The notes: a model not told the origin generated them from the sequence alone. DNA of 64,000 nt from Deltaproteobacteria bacterium (GCA_031389045.1 JANMSE010000193.1:4926-68925), one strand, 5' to 3'; positions 9,051 to 18,441 are shown, numbered from the stretch's first letter. Numbers and translations are program-made.

Positions 9051-9099
9051 TTCTCTTCTGACAGAGGGGGCAGCGAGGCCGCTTCCAGATCCCCTTTCT

Positions 9100-9180
9100 G
9101 TTCCCTCTCTCAGCCTGGCATTCAGTTAGGGGAGTCCGAAGTTCCCTCTCCCGGCTGGGAGAGGGTGAGGGTGAGGGGGA
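9100..9180. repeat. family I hairpin element (copy 2, plus a partial copy)
   Basis: Partial copy gttccctctctcagcctggc at 9100-9119. Full copy gttccctctcccggctgggagagggtgagggtgaggggga at 9141-9180 abuts the trmB stop (9181-9183). Confidence 0.8.
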
Positions 9181-9792
9181 TCAAGTGATTTCTCCTTCTC
9201 CCTCCTTCCGAAACCCCGTATAGAACAACGCCCGCCCCTCATGCCGATACTTGCGCTCGAAATCGGTGAAAATCAGTTTCCCGCGACGATTGACTTGATC
9301 CCGTTCCCATGCGAACCGCGTTAGCTCCGGCATGGCGACGAACTGTTTGACGATCTCCGTAAAGTATTGTTCCACATCCGAAGCCAGGAAAATTTTCCCA
9401 CCAGGAACCAGCGTTCGCGCTAGCGCTTCCGTGAAGTCGTTCTGAAACAAGCGACGATTGTGATGTCGTCGTTTCCACCACGGGTCAGGAAAATAGAGAT
9501 GATATGCGGTGACGGACGCTGGCCACATCATCAACGGCAGCAAGCACGTGATGTTGGCATGAACAGCAATGACATTGGCGGGACCATCCCGTTCGATGAG
9601 CGCCGCTAACCGCGAGGCGCGGCGGCCCAAGATTTCGACGCCAAAGAAATTTCGTTCTGGAGTATGGCGTGCCAGGGCAAGGAGGAATCCCCCCTTTCCT
9701 GGGCCAATCTCGACCTCAACCGGGTTGGTATTGCCGAAAATCTCCGCCCACGTGGGTGGCGGAGTGGGAAGTGCGAAACGCGGGTGTGACAT
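9181..9792 (-). CDS. trmB: tRNA (guanine-N7)-methyltransferase
   Basis: EIGPGKGGFL SAM motif and FPDPWWKRRHHNRR, both characteristic of TrmB. Confidence 0.9.
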   Translation of the reverse strand: MSHPRFALPTPPPTWAEIFGNTNPVEVEIGPGKGGFLLALARHTPERNFFGVEILGRRASRLAALIERDGPANVIAVHANITCLLPLMMWPASVTAYHLYFPDPWWKRRHHNRRLFQNDFTEALARTLVPGGKIFLASDVEQYFTEIVKQFVAMPELTRFAWERDQVNRRGKLIFTDFERKYRHEGRALFYTGFRKEGEGEIT

Positions 9793-9814
9793 GTCAAAAA
9801 ATGAGCTTCGTACC

Positions 9815-10546
9815 TTAGGCGAGCGCTCTGCCGCCGTCTACATGGAACACGCCGCCTGTGCTGTAGTCGGACTCCGCGACAAAGACAACCAGGGCGGCCA
9901 CTTCTTCTGGAGTTCCGGCGCGTTTCACTAGGGTTTTCTCGATCTCCCGCTGACGAACGGGTTCGGGCGTGTCGTCTTGAAAGAGGACAGGGCCAGGAAG
10001 AATGGCGTTGATCATCACTTCTGGCGCGAGTTCGAGGGCGAGTCCCTGTGTGAGCGTCATCACGCACGCCTTTGACACGGAGTACGGAACATAGTCCGCC
10101 CACGGACGTTGGCCCGCGACATCGGCGATATTGATAATGTGTCCCCAGCCCCACTCGCGCATGCGCAGACCAATCTTTTGCGCGCAGAGAAACGTCCCAG
10201 TGAGATTCACGTCGAGTATCTGTTCCCAGTCTTCAACTGAGAGCGTGTCGATGGGAGTGCGAAAGAAAACGGCGGCGTTGTTGACGAGCACGTCAATGCG
10301 CCCAAACCGCGCGACGGCGGCCTCGACCATCCGCTCCACCTCGGCTTCTTGGGTGACATCCGCTTGCACGGCTATGGCTTCATGGCCAGCGGCAAGGAGT
10401 TCCTGAACAGTCTGTTCCGCCTCGTGGTGCGAGGTGTGATAGTGAACGACTAGCTTGCAGCCACGAGCGGCGAACGCATGGGTCATCGCCTTGCCAACCC
10501 GTTTAGCACCACCAGTGATGAGCACGACTTTGTTGGTGAGATTCAT
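9815..10546 (-). CDS. SDR-family oxidoreductase (pteridine-reductase-like)
   Basis: VVLITGGAKRVGKA, NNAA and YSVSKA catalytic motifs. Start set at ATG 10546 (MNLTNK...). The upstream part of the track ORF reads through repeat DNA. Confidence 0.8.
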   Translation of the reverse strand: MNLTNKVVLITGGAKRVGKAMTHAFAARGCKLVVHYHTSHHEAEQTVQELLAAGHEAIAVQADVTQEAEVERMVEAAVARFGRIDVLVNNAAVFFRTPIDTLSVEDWEQILDVNLTGTFLCAQKIGLRMREWGWGHIINIADVAGQRPWADYVPYSVSKACVMTLTQGLALELAPEVMINAILPGPVLFQDDTPEPVRQREIEKTLVKRAGTPEEVAALVVFVAESDYSTGGVFHVDGGRALA

Positions 10547-10553
10547 AGGGGAA

Positions 10554-10656
10554 TAAAACGTAAAACGTAAAGCGTAAAAAAATCTTGGGTTGTTCGGTGT
10601 ATCTTTACGTTTTTCGTCGTCCTTCTTTTGACTTTTGACTTTTGACTTTTGACTTT
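10554..10656. repeat. composite word-repeat: family A palindrome (10554-10618) plus family B AAAGTCA repeats (10622-10656, minus-sense)
   Basis: aaaacgtaaaacgtaaagcgtaaaaa...atctttacgtttttcg, then cttttgac repeated five times. On the minus strand the AAAGTCA run begins directly after the SDR stop (10657-10659). Confidence 0.85.
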
Positions 10657-11412
10657 TCACGTCCTCAACGGGTCATGTTGTGGCTGGAGGGTGATTTCGA
10701 CCGGACATGCGCGCGCCGACGCGGTGACAACGTTATAGACCGCCTCCGCCACATCTTCTGGACGTAACATCTTGGCGCGATCAACGCGGCGATTAGGTGG
10801 AATCAGGGCGGTATCGACATAGCCGGAGAAAATACTTGACACCTTGATGCCCTGCTCATGCACTTCGTCGAAGAGCGACTGCGTGAAGCCCCGAACTCCG
10901 AACTTCGCGGCGGCGTAGGCGGCTTCGCCCGCTTTGCCAGTGATACCCGCGAGTGAGCAGATATTGATGATCGTGCCCCGCCGCCGTTCGATCATCCCCG
11001 GCAGCACGAGTTTGCTCAGCACCATCGTCGCCCACAGATTGACCCGCAACGTCCACTCCCAGTCTGAGAGTCGCGCTTTCGTGATCGACGTTCGTGGGGG
11101 GCCGCCACCCGCGTTGTTCACGAGAATGTCGATATGTCCATATTGAGCGAGTGTCTGATCGACAAGCGCGGTGAGTTGCTCATCCGTGGTCACATCGGTA
11201 GGCACAACGAGTGAAGTTCCTCCGTCCGCATGGACGAGCTGGGCGACTTCATGCAAGGCGTGTTCGTTCCGAGCGGCAAGCACGGTCGTGGCTCCATGCT
11301 GAGCGAGATGTACGGCGATGGCGCGACCAATGCCACGACTCGCGCCGGTGATGATCGTGATCTGACCGAGAAGTGGGTGGAGTGCAGGCGGCATTTTTGT
11401 TGCTTTTACCAT
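10657..11412 (-). CDS. SDR-family oxidoreductase (3-oxoacyl-ACP reductase-like)
   Basis: ITGASRGIGRAIA, NNAG and YAAAKFG motifs. Confidence 0.85.
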   Translation of the reverse strand: MVKATKMPPALHPLLGQITIITGASRGIGRAIAVHLAQHGATTVLAARNEHALHEVAQLVHADGGTSLVVPTDVTTDEQLTALVDQTLAQYGHIDILVNNAGGGPPRTSITKARLSDWEWTLRVNLWATMVLSKLVLPGMIERRRGTIINICSLAGITGKAGEAAYAAAKFGVRGFTQSLFDEVHEQGIKVSSIFSGYVDTALIPPNRRVDRAKMLRPEDVAEAVYNVVTASARACPVEITLQPQHDPLRT

Positions 11413-11493
11413 GCCTGACCGCTACTATCCAACCGCGTCGGGCCGGAACGAAAACCCACCGCGCGGCGTTGACGACATAAAGGAGGAAGCACT

Positions 11494-12273
11494 ATGGCCT
11501 ACGAGTTCGCCAAGTATGAGAAGAAGGGACGCATCGCAACGATTACCATGAACCGACCGGAAAACATGAATGCCGTCCACCCACCGGCGACCGCGGAACT
11601 GTCGGCGATTTGGGATGACGCCATCGCGGATGACAATGTGTGGGTGATTATTCTCACGGGCGCGGGCGAAAGAGCCTTCTCCGCTGGCAACGATCTCAAA
11701 TACACAGCCGCGAAAGGGATGCCGACGGGGCCACGCCCGAAAGGTGGCTTCGGTGGCATTACCGACCGCACCGACGTATGGAAACCAATGATCGCGGCGG
11801 TCAACGGGTTTGCCCTTGGTGGTGGATTTGAGATGGCACTCGCGTGCGACATTATCATTGCCGCCGATCATGCCCGACTTGGCTTACCTGAGCCTCGCGT
11901 GGGGTTGGCGGCGCTGGCTGGTGGCGTCCATCGGTTGCCTCGACAGATTCCCATGAAACTGGCGATGGGCTACATGCTCACGGGCCGACACATGACCGCG
12001 CAAGAAGCGTTACGCTTGGGCATCGCCAACGAAGTCGTGCCATTGAAGGATTTGATGGCGACGGCGGAGCGGTGGGCCAATGAGATTCTCGAATGCGCGC
12101 CGTTGTCGATCCGGGCCACCAAGCAAGCCGCGATGATGGGGCTGGGACTGCCATTGGACCAAGCATTAGCTGGAACGTATCCAGCGATTGCTCAAATGAT
12201 GCACTCGGAAGATGTAAAGGAAGGCCCCACGGCCTTCGCGGAGAAACGGAAGCCGAATTGGAAGGCGAAGTAG
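11494..12273 (+). CDS. enoyl-CoA hydratase/isomerase (crotonase) family protein
   Basis: ITMNRPENMNA, FSAGNDLK, AAVNGFALGGGFEMALACD and EGPTAFAEKRKP. Confidence 0.9.
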   Translation: MAYEFAKYEKKGRIATITMNRPENMNAVHPPATAELSAIWDDAIADDNVWVIILTGAGERAFSAGNDLKYTAAKGMPTGPRPKGGFGGITDRTDVWKPMIAAVNGFALGGGFEMALACDIIIAADHARLGLPEPRVGLAALAGGVHRLPRQIPMKLAMGYMLTGRHMTAQEALRLGIANEVVPLKDLMATAERWANEILECAPLSIRATKQAAMMGLGLPLDQALAGTYPAIAQMMHSEDVKEGPTAFAEKRKPNWKAK

Positions 12274-12276
12274 GGA

Positions 12277-12303
12277 GGCTAGAGACTAGAAACTAGAGAG
12301 GAG
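12277..12303 (+). repeat. CTAGAGA/CTAGAAA heptamer repeat (family J)
   Basis: The sequence ggctagagactagaaactagagaggag starts 3 nt after the crotonase TAG stop. Confidence 0.6.
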
Positions 12304-12320
12304 CTTTTTCCCTCGGAAAG

Positions 12321-12629
12321 ATGGACATTCAGCAGATCGTAGAGAAGGTCCGCAACAATCAATACATGTACAGCGACCATGCGGAATTTGAGCGCAAAGC
12401 GGATCACTTGACGTTTGCTCAAATCGAAGTGGCATTGTTGAACAGTCGTGTTCTTGAACAGTATGCGGACACTGGCCGTGGGGAAAGTTGCCTGGTTGTT
12501 GGGTTTGCGGACGATATTCCCATTCATGCTGTGTGTGGGTGGCGTGGAGAGAAAATCGTGTTGATCACGGTGTACATTCCTCGCCCACCGAAATTTGTTG
12601 ATCCGTGGACACGTGGAGAGAAGATATGA
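12321..12629 (+). CDS. DUF4258-like putative toxin
   Basis: Pattern YSDHAEFERK...CLVVGF..IPIHAVCG...VLITVYIP matches my recollection of DUF4258. It has a 4-nt ATGA overlap with the next gene and looks visibly more AT-rich than its flanks. Confidence 0.65.
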   Translation: MDIQQIVEKVRNNQYMYSDHAEFERKADHLTFAQIEVALLNSRVLEQYADTGRGESCLVVGFADDIPIHAVCGWRGEKIVLITVYIPRPPKFVDPWTRGEKI

Positions 12630-12874
12630 GAGAAGTCAGATGCAACTTTTGCGGCAGTGGTGACTATGAAGAACGCAAAACAGAGTATCTCTATAGCTAT
12701 AACGGCAAGTATTTGCTGGTTCCCAGTACTCCAGCGGAAGTCTGTCTGAACTGTGGGAGGGTCTACTATGAGGCGGCGGTGCTGAAAGAGATCGAGAGAC
12801 GCTTCTTCGCCATCGACAGAAAGATCGAAGAGCCTGATCGGTATATCGAGATTCCAGAGAAAGCGTATGCGTAG
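12626..12874 (+). CDS. YgiT-type (MqsA N-domain-like) zinc-finger protein, putative antitoxin without an HTH domain
   Basis: CNFCGS...CLNCGRVYY gives two CxxC pairs at YgiT-type spacing. It is about 82 aa. Start set at ATG 12626, overlapping the toxin stop. Confidence 0.65.
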   Translation: MREVRCNFCGSGDYEERKTEYLYSYNGKYLLVPSTPAEVCLNCGRVYYEAAVLKEIERRFFAIDRKIEEPDRYIEIPEKAYA

Positions 12875-12952
12875 GAACGGAAGTGGTCGTGGGCTTCCTT
12901 GCTCTCGATAACCCCAAAATCCAGACTCAACAACCCACTGTTGTCTCCCCCA

Positions 12953-13360
12953 ATGCCCAAATCCTCTCTGACCAGCGTGCGTGTACGCTATGCCGAAACC
13001 GACCAAGCGGGCATGGCGCATCACTCGGCTTTTCTCCCGTGGTTCGAGGTGGGCCGGGTGGAACTCTTGCGCGCACTCGGCAAGCCCTACCAAGAGTTCG
13101 AAGCCGAGGGGCTGCATTTTCCCGTGCGTGAGGCGTTTTGTCGGTATTGGGTGCCCGCGCGTTTTGATGACGAGCTGCTCATCACCACAACGATTGAAGA
13201 AGTCGGCGGCGCGAGTACCCGCTTTGGCTACCGGATCACCCGTGCCACGGACGCGACCCTCATCGCCGAAGGCCACACCCTGCACGCCTGCGTCGATAAT
13301 CAGGGGAAGATCAAGCGCCTACCGCCGGAAGTGAAGCAGTTCCTTCGGCATGAAGTCTAA
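12953..13360 (+). CDS. acyl-CoA thioesterase, 4HBT/YbgC family
   Basis: VRVRYAETDQAGMAHHSAFLPWFEVGR is a hot-dog fold motif with the catalytic Asp. Confidence 0.85.
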   Translation: MPKSSLTSVRVRYAETDQAGMAHHSAFLPWFEVGRVELLRALGKPYQEFEAEGLHFPVREAFCRYWVPARFDDELLITTTIEEVGGASTRFGYRITRATDATLIAEGHTLHACVDNQGKIKRLPPEVKQFLRHEV

Positions 13361-14589
13361 TGACCATCCCCGATTCCCCGTTTCGCCGTTTCCCCGTTTC
13401 CTTTCTTCAATGCGAGCAGACGATCAAAGACCGTATGGGCGACCTCGTCCTTGCTCATCAGCGGCAGTGTTTCCATCCGTTCACTGCGATCAATTAACGT
13501 GACGATGTTCGTGTCATGGGCGAAGCCCGCGCCTTCTTGGGTGACATCGTTCGCCACGATCATATCGAGATTTTTCCGCTGTAATTTGCTCACCGCGTTT
13601 TGCAAGACATTCTCGGTTTCTGTGGCAAAGCCGATGAGCATGCGGTTGCCCTTCTGCTGACTCAAGTCCGCGAGAATATCGGGATTGCGGGTCATTTCGA
13701 TGACGAATGCACCCTCTTGTTTTTTGATCTTCTGCGGCGCGACATGAGCGGGGCGATAATCGGCGATGGCGGCGGCGGAGATCACCATCGTGGCGTTGTC
13801 GTAGGAAGCAAGCACGGCTTGCTGCATTTCCAACGCCGTGCGCACCGAACAGAACCGGACTCCGCGCGGTGGCGCGAGCGCGGTCGGACCACTGACTAAG
13901 GTCACTTCCGCCCCTCTCCGCCAGGCCACTCGTGCCATGGCGAATCCCATCCTGCCGGTCGAACGGTTGGTGATGAACCGCACGGGATCAATGGGCTCGG
14001 CATTCGGTCCAGCGGTAACAATAATCCGTTCGCTGCTGAGGTCTTTCTTGGTCAGTGTGGCGCACACTTCCTCGACAATGTCTTCAGGATCGGCAAGCCG
14101 CCCCTTGCCTTCATAGCCACACGCAAGGAATCCTTCAGCGGGTTCGACGAACCGGTAGCCGCGCTGGCCAAGGATGCGGATATTCTCTTGGACAGCGGGA
14201 TGCGAGTACATGTGGACATTCATGGCTGGCGCGACCAAGACTGGAGCCATCGTGGCTAACAATACCGTGGTGAGCAGATCGTCAGCGATACCATGCGCGA
14301 GTTTGCCGATGACATCGGCTGAGGCTGGAGCGATCAGAATGAGATCGGCGGTATCAGCCAGACGGATATGGCCGATCTCGGACTCCTGGGTGAGATTGAA
14401 AGTTTCGGTGGCGACCGGGTTGCCAGACAGAGTTTGCAGGGTCAAGGGAGTGATAAACTCCTGCGCATTCTTCGTCATAATGACGCGGACAAAGGCTCCA
14501 TCCTTGACCAAGAAGCGAACAAGTTCCGCCGCTTTGTAGGCAGCAATCCCACCAGTGACTCCGACCACAATTGTTTTTCCTGCTAACAT
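13357..14589 (-). CDS. coaBC: bifunctional phosphopantothenoylcysteine decarboxylase / phosphopantothenate-cysteine ligase
   Basis: N-terminal flavoprotein motif GVTGGIAAYKA and PAMNVHMY, plus the C-terminal CoaB domain (ITNRSTGRMG, AAAIADYRP). The last ~14 codons are encoded by a CCCCGTTTC-type repeat. Confidence 0.92.
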   Translation of the reverse strand: MLAGKTIVVGVTGGIAAYKAAELVRFLVKDGAFVRVIMTKNAQEFITPLTLQTLSGNPVATETFNLTQESEIGHIRLADTADLILIAPASADVIGKLAHGIADDLLTTVLLATMAPVLVAPAMNVHMYSHPAVQENIRILGQRGYRFVEPAEGFLACGYEGKGRLADPEDIVEEVCATLTKKDLSSERIIVTAGPNAEPIDPVRFITNRSTGRMGFAMARVAWRRGAEVTLVSGPTALAPPRGVRFCSVRTALEMQQAVLASYDNATMVISAAAIADYRPAHVAPQKIKKQEGAFVIEMTRNPDILADLSQQKGNRMLIGFATETENVLQNAVSKLQRKNLDMIVANDVTQEGAGFAHDTNIVTLIDRSERMETLPLMSKDEVAHTVFDRLLALKKGNGETAKRGIGDGH

Positions 14590-14824
14590 AAGTGTCTCTT
14601 CCGTTGCGTGTGGTATTGCCCGCCAGTCTTACACGTATTCTCGCTGACTCGTAAGAGGCGTTCACCGCGACACGGGGCTGGTTTTGTGTATCGGGTGCGG
14701 GGTTCACGGTCCAGGTTTCAGGCTCAGAGTTTGTGAAAAAATCAAATCCATATACCATTAGTAGTGGCATTTCCTAAATTTACCTACAAGATATTGTGGC
14801 TTATGCAGATTTTTTCACAGACTC

Positions 14825-15712
14825 TCAGCCTTTCCGTTTCAACGCCCCTTCACGCGCAATCGCATCCACCACATCTCGGAGAGTCCACCCATGCTCTCCT
14901 CGTTCCGGGTCACGCTCCGCCAGTCGCAATTGGCCAACCGCGCCCAGAGTCTGTTGTGTGCCACGTGCCATGACCGACGAGAAGCCGTAATGCTCCAACG
15001 TCTCCGCTAACTCCGCCATTTCATCCGCCCGCCGCGCGGCGTGCATCGGGTAGGTCGGCACCAACCACTCCAACGCTTCCATCACGCCAGGCAGAAGCGC
15101 CTTGTAGCGATGCAGCAATTCATCAAGGACCCCAAAATCCCGCGCCGCCGCGGTCAGTTCATACAAGAGTGCCGCCAGCCCTTTGTTCAGGCCAGAAAAG
15201 ACCATCTTGAATGCCGAGGCTTGACCGATCCGATCTCCCAACAGGTGTGTCCGCAGGGATTTGCCATACGGCTCCTCAAACAGCCGGGCTTGAGGACCGC
15301 TCACATAGAAGATGCACCGACCACGCACATCACGTGCCGGGCCGACAATGCAGGCATCCAGATACGGCGACCCCGTCGGTGCGATGATGCTCCCGACTTC
15401 TTGCGCGGTCATCGGTGAGATCGCATTGGCATCGACGAACAACGGTGTCCGCCCAGTCTCTCGTACCGCCTCGGCGAAATCCGTCGCCACCGTTTGGGCC
15501 GCCGTGGGTGGGATAATCGAGAGGACCATATCCGCGCGACGAACCACTTCGGTCATCGAATCCAGCTCCACTATCCCCGCATGTGCCGATAACCGGCGCG
15601 TGCGGTCGCTACGTCCCACCAGTGTCGTCACGACCGTGAAGCCATCTTCCAATAACACCCGGCCAACCCCGTGCCCCATGTCGCCAGGGTAGAGAATTCC
15701 TATGGTTTGCAT
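14825..15712 (-). CDS. NAD(P)-binding 6-phosphogluconate-dehydrogenase-like oxidoreductase (DUF1932-type C-terminus)
   Basis: N-terminal [14 protein letters not shown] Rossmann-like motif. Start set at ATG 15712. Confidence 0.6.
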   Translation of the reverse strand: MQTIGILYPGDMGHGVGRVLLEDGFTVVTTLVGRSDRTRRLSAHAGIVELDSMTEVVRRADMVLSIIPPTAAQTVATDFAEAVRETGRTPLFVDANAISPMTAQEVGSIIAPTGSPYLDACIVGPARDVRGRCIFYVSGPQARLFEEPYGKSLRTHLLGDRIGQASAFKMVFSGLNKGLAALLYELTAAARDFGVLDELLHRYKALLPGVMEALEWLVPTYPMHAARRADEMAELAETLEHYGFSSVMARGTQQTLGAVGQLRLAERDPERGEHGWTLRDVVDAIAREGALKRKG

Positions 15713-15864
15713 GTGGTGCCCTCTTTTCTCGAATGCCGGCGGCGACCATACCACGCGCCCTTCCCGTGTCCCAGGCTCCCCTTGTCACCGCTGGTTGTGT
15801 CCCCCAGCCCTTTTCTTTCGCTCACTTTTCTGTAACAGGGGAGGACGCGAACAGGAGGACGACC

Positions 15865-17094
15865 ATGATCAGGATGAACGAGAATTATCTTAAACTACAG
15901 GCTTCGTATCTTTTTTCGGAGATCGCCAAGCGCGTGAATGGCTTTGTCGCGCAGAATCCCGACAAGAAGATTATTCGGCTGGGCATCGGCGATGTGACCC
16001 GCGCGCTGCCAGCGGCCTGTACCACCGCGTTTCATAAAGCGGTTGACGAAATGGCGCAGGACGCCACCTTTCGAGGCTATGGACCGGAGCAAGGCTATGA
16101 ATTCCTACGCACGCAAATTGCCCAGCACGACTTTCGCGCGCGCGGCGCGGACATCAACGCCGAGGAAATTTTCATCAGTGACGGCGCGAAATGCGATACC
16201 GGCAATTTCCAGGAACTCTTCGCGGCCGACACCCGCATCGCCGTGCCCGATCCGGTGTATCCCGTCTATGTCGATACCAACGTCATGGCTGGCCGTACTG
16301 GCGCGTGGAAAGATGGACGCTACGAAGGACTTGTGTATCTTGAATCCACCGAGGCCAACGATTACGTCCCGGCCCTGCCCAAGGAGAAAGTGGATGTCAT
16401 CTATTTGTGCTTTCCCAATAATCCCACTGGCCGCACGGTGACGAAAGCGCAACTGCGACCGTGGGTCGAGTACGCGCACGCTAACAAGGCGCTGATTTTG
16501 TACGATGCCGCCTATGTCGCCTTCATGCGCGATGATGCCTTGCCGCAGAGCATCTATGAAATTGACGGGGCGCAAGATGTCGCCGTCGAGTTTCGCAGTT
16601 TCTCGAAAACCGCTGGATTCACCGGTACGCGCTGCGCCTATACGATCATCCCCAAACGATGCAAGGTGTATGACTCACAGGGGAATCCGCATTCGTTGCA
16701 TGCGCTCTGGGACCGTCGTCATTCAACCAAGTTCAACGGCGTGTCCTATCCCGTCCAACGGGCCGCCGAAGCGGTGTACTCGCCTGAAGGGCAGAAACAG
16801 ATTCGCGAATTGAGCGATTACTACCTCGTGAACGCGGCGCGTATTCGCGACACGCTTGGCAAGCTGGGGTTCAAGTGCGTCGGTGGCGACCATGCCCCGT
16901 ATGTGTGGGTGAAGGCGAACATGGATTCGTGGAAGTTCTTCGATCTGCTCTTACAAAAGGCCAATGTCGTCTGCACCCCAGGCGCGGGCTTCGGCAAATG
17001 CGGGGAGGGCTACATCCGCTTCAGTTCGTTCAATAGCCATGAGAACGTGGAATTGGCGCTCCAACGCGTCGCCGAGGCGTTACGCGATCTCTAG
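15865..17094 (+). CDS. dapL: LL-diaminopimelate aminotransferase
   Basis: [21 protein letters not shown]...RLGIGDVT is the characteristic DapL N-terminus. [13 protein letters not shown] contains the PLP lysine. ATG 15865 follows AGGAGG. Confidence 0.88.
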   Translation: MIRMNENYLKLQASYLFSEIAKRVNGFVAQNPDKKIIRLGIGDVTRALPAACTTAFHKAVDEMAQDATFRGYGPEQGYEFLRTQIAQHDFRARGADINAEEIFISDGAKCDTGNFQELFAADTRIAVPDPVYPVYVDTNVMAGRTGAWKDGRYEGLVYLESTEANDYVPALPKEKVDVIYLCFPNNPTGRTVTKAQLRPWVEYAHANKALILYDAAYVAFMRDDALPQSIYEIDGAQDVAVEFRSFSKTAGFTGTRCAYTIIPKRCKVYDSQGNPHSLHALWDRRHSTKFNGVSYPVQRAAEAVYSPEGQKQIRELSDYYLVNAARIRDTLGKLGFKCVGGDHAPYVWVKANMDSWKFFDLLLQKANVVCTPGAGFGKCGEGYIRFSSFNSHENVELALQRVAEALRDL

Positions 17095-17095
17095 G

Positions 17096-17154
17096 ACAGT
17101 TCGGAGTCTCGGCAGTGCGGAGTTCGGAGTTGGGGACCGTTCGGAGTCGGAACG
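17096..17154 (+). repeat. AGTTCGG-word direct repeats (family D, copy 1)
   Basis: The sequence acagttcggagtctcggcagtgcggagttcggagttggggaccgttcggagtcgg starts 1 nt after the dapL TAG. Confidence 0.8.
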
Positions 17155-17241
17155 CGCGGCGGATTTCCCTGATGACACAAATAGTTGTCAAGCGTGCCCA
17201 TTGTCGATATAGATGGCACGTTTAGTGAGATCGGGAGGAAG

Positions 17242-17748
17242 ATGGTTCACCGAGTCCATATTGGCATCGGATCCAACTTAGGAAACCGTCGCGCGCACTA
17301 CCAGAAGGCGTTGGAACTGATCGCCGCGCTGCCGAAGACCCGGATCGTCAAACGCTCCTCGCTGTATGAGAGTGAGCCGCACGGAGACGCGAAGAATTGG
17401 TACGTCAACGGCGTGATCGAAATCGAGACCGAGTTCCTGCCCGACAAACTGCTCCAGCGCCTTCAGACCATCGAACAAGCCATGGGGCGCAAGAAAACCC
17501 CACAAACCAAGAAATGGGCGTCTCGCAAGATCGACCTCGATATTCTGCTGTTCGAGAATCACACGATTGACACGCGGACGCTCAAAATTCCCCACCCAGA
17601 GATCCAGAATCGCCGCTTTGTCCTGGTCCCGCTGTCGGAACTCGCCCCCCACCTGACGCACCCGCGTCTTGGCGTTACTATCGTCGAACTCCTCGCGCAT
17701 CTCAAGGATGACAAACGAGTCATGCTCTTGCCGCCGCATGCGGAGTGA
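17242..17748 (+). CDS. folK: 2-amino-4-hydroxy-6-hydroxymethyldihydropteridine diphosphokinase
   Basis: IGIGSNLGNR, SSLYESEP, IDLDILLF and IPHPEIQNRRFVLVPL. Confidence 0.9.
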   Translation: MVHRVHIGIGSNLGNRRAHYQKALELIAALPKTRIVKRSSLYESEPHGDAKNWYVNGVIEIETEFLPDKLLQRLQTIEQAMGRKKTPQTKKWASRKIDLDILLFENHTIDTRTLKIPHPEIQNRRFVLVPLSELAPHLTHPRLGVTIVELLAHLKDDKRVMLLPPHAE

Positions 17749-17796
17749 CGAGATCGTCACCCGCTCCTATGACCGAGGAGATGAAGGGACCTACGT

Positions 17797-18441
17797 ATGA
17801 AAATCTTCATCGACACCGCCGAGATCAAGGAAATCCGCGAAGCCCACACGTGGGGCATTATTGATGGCGTCACCACCAACCCCTCGCTGGTCGCGAAGTC
17901 GGGCCGCTCACTGGAGTCGGTCATCAACGAGATTTGCTCGATTGTCGACGGCCCCATTAGCGCCGAAGTCGTCAGTGTCGATGCTCCTGGCATGATCGCC
18001 GAGGGCAAACGGCTGGCGGCCATTCATCCCAACGTCGTCGTCAAAGTGCCCATGATCGCCGAAGGGCTGAAAGCGACCAAAGCCCTCAGTAGTGAAGGGC
18101 TCGCCGTCAATGTCACGCTGATTTTCTCGTCCGCCCAGGCACTCTTGGCGGCCAAAGCCGGAGCCGCGTTCGCCAGTCCATTCGTGGGACGACTTGATGA
18201 CATCGCCGAGGATGGCATGGCATTGATCGACTCCATCGTCCGCATCTACAAGAATTACACTTTTCCGACTCAAGTGCTCGTTGCGAGCGTGCGTCATCCG
18301 ATTCATTTTGTCCGCGCCGCCGAAATGGGGGCACATGTCGCCACCTGCCCGTTCAACGTCATTCAACAACTCGTCAAACATCCCCTGACCGATATTGGCC
18401 TGGAACGCTTTCTCGCGGACCATCGTAAGGCAAGCAAGTAG
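17797..18441 (+). CDS. tal: transaldolase / fructose-6-phosphate aldolase (short 3B-type)
   Basis: [31 protein letters not shown] and VVVKVP (Schiff-base Lys); 214 aa. Confidence 0.9.
   Translation: MKIFIDTAEIKEIREAHTWGIIDGVTTNPSLVAKSGRSLESVINEICSIVDGPISAEVVSVDAPGMIAEGKRLAAIHPNVVVKVPMIAEGLKATKALSSEGLAVNVTLIFSSAQALLAAKAGAAFASPFVGRLDDIAEDGMALIDSIVRIYKNYTFPTQVLVASVRHPIHFVRAAEMGAHVATCPFNVIQQLVKHPLTDIGLERFLADHRKASK

Noticed and set aside
12524-13285. 253-aa minus-strand ORF across the TA pair and the thioesterase gene
   Set aside because: It runs antisense to three motif-supported genes and has no recognisable domain. It is a shadow ORF.
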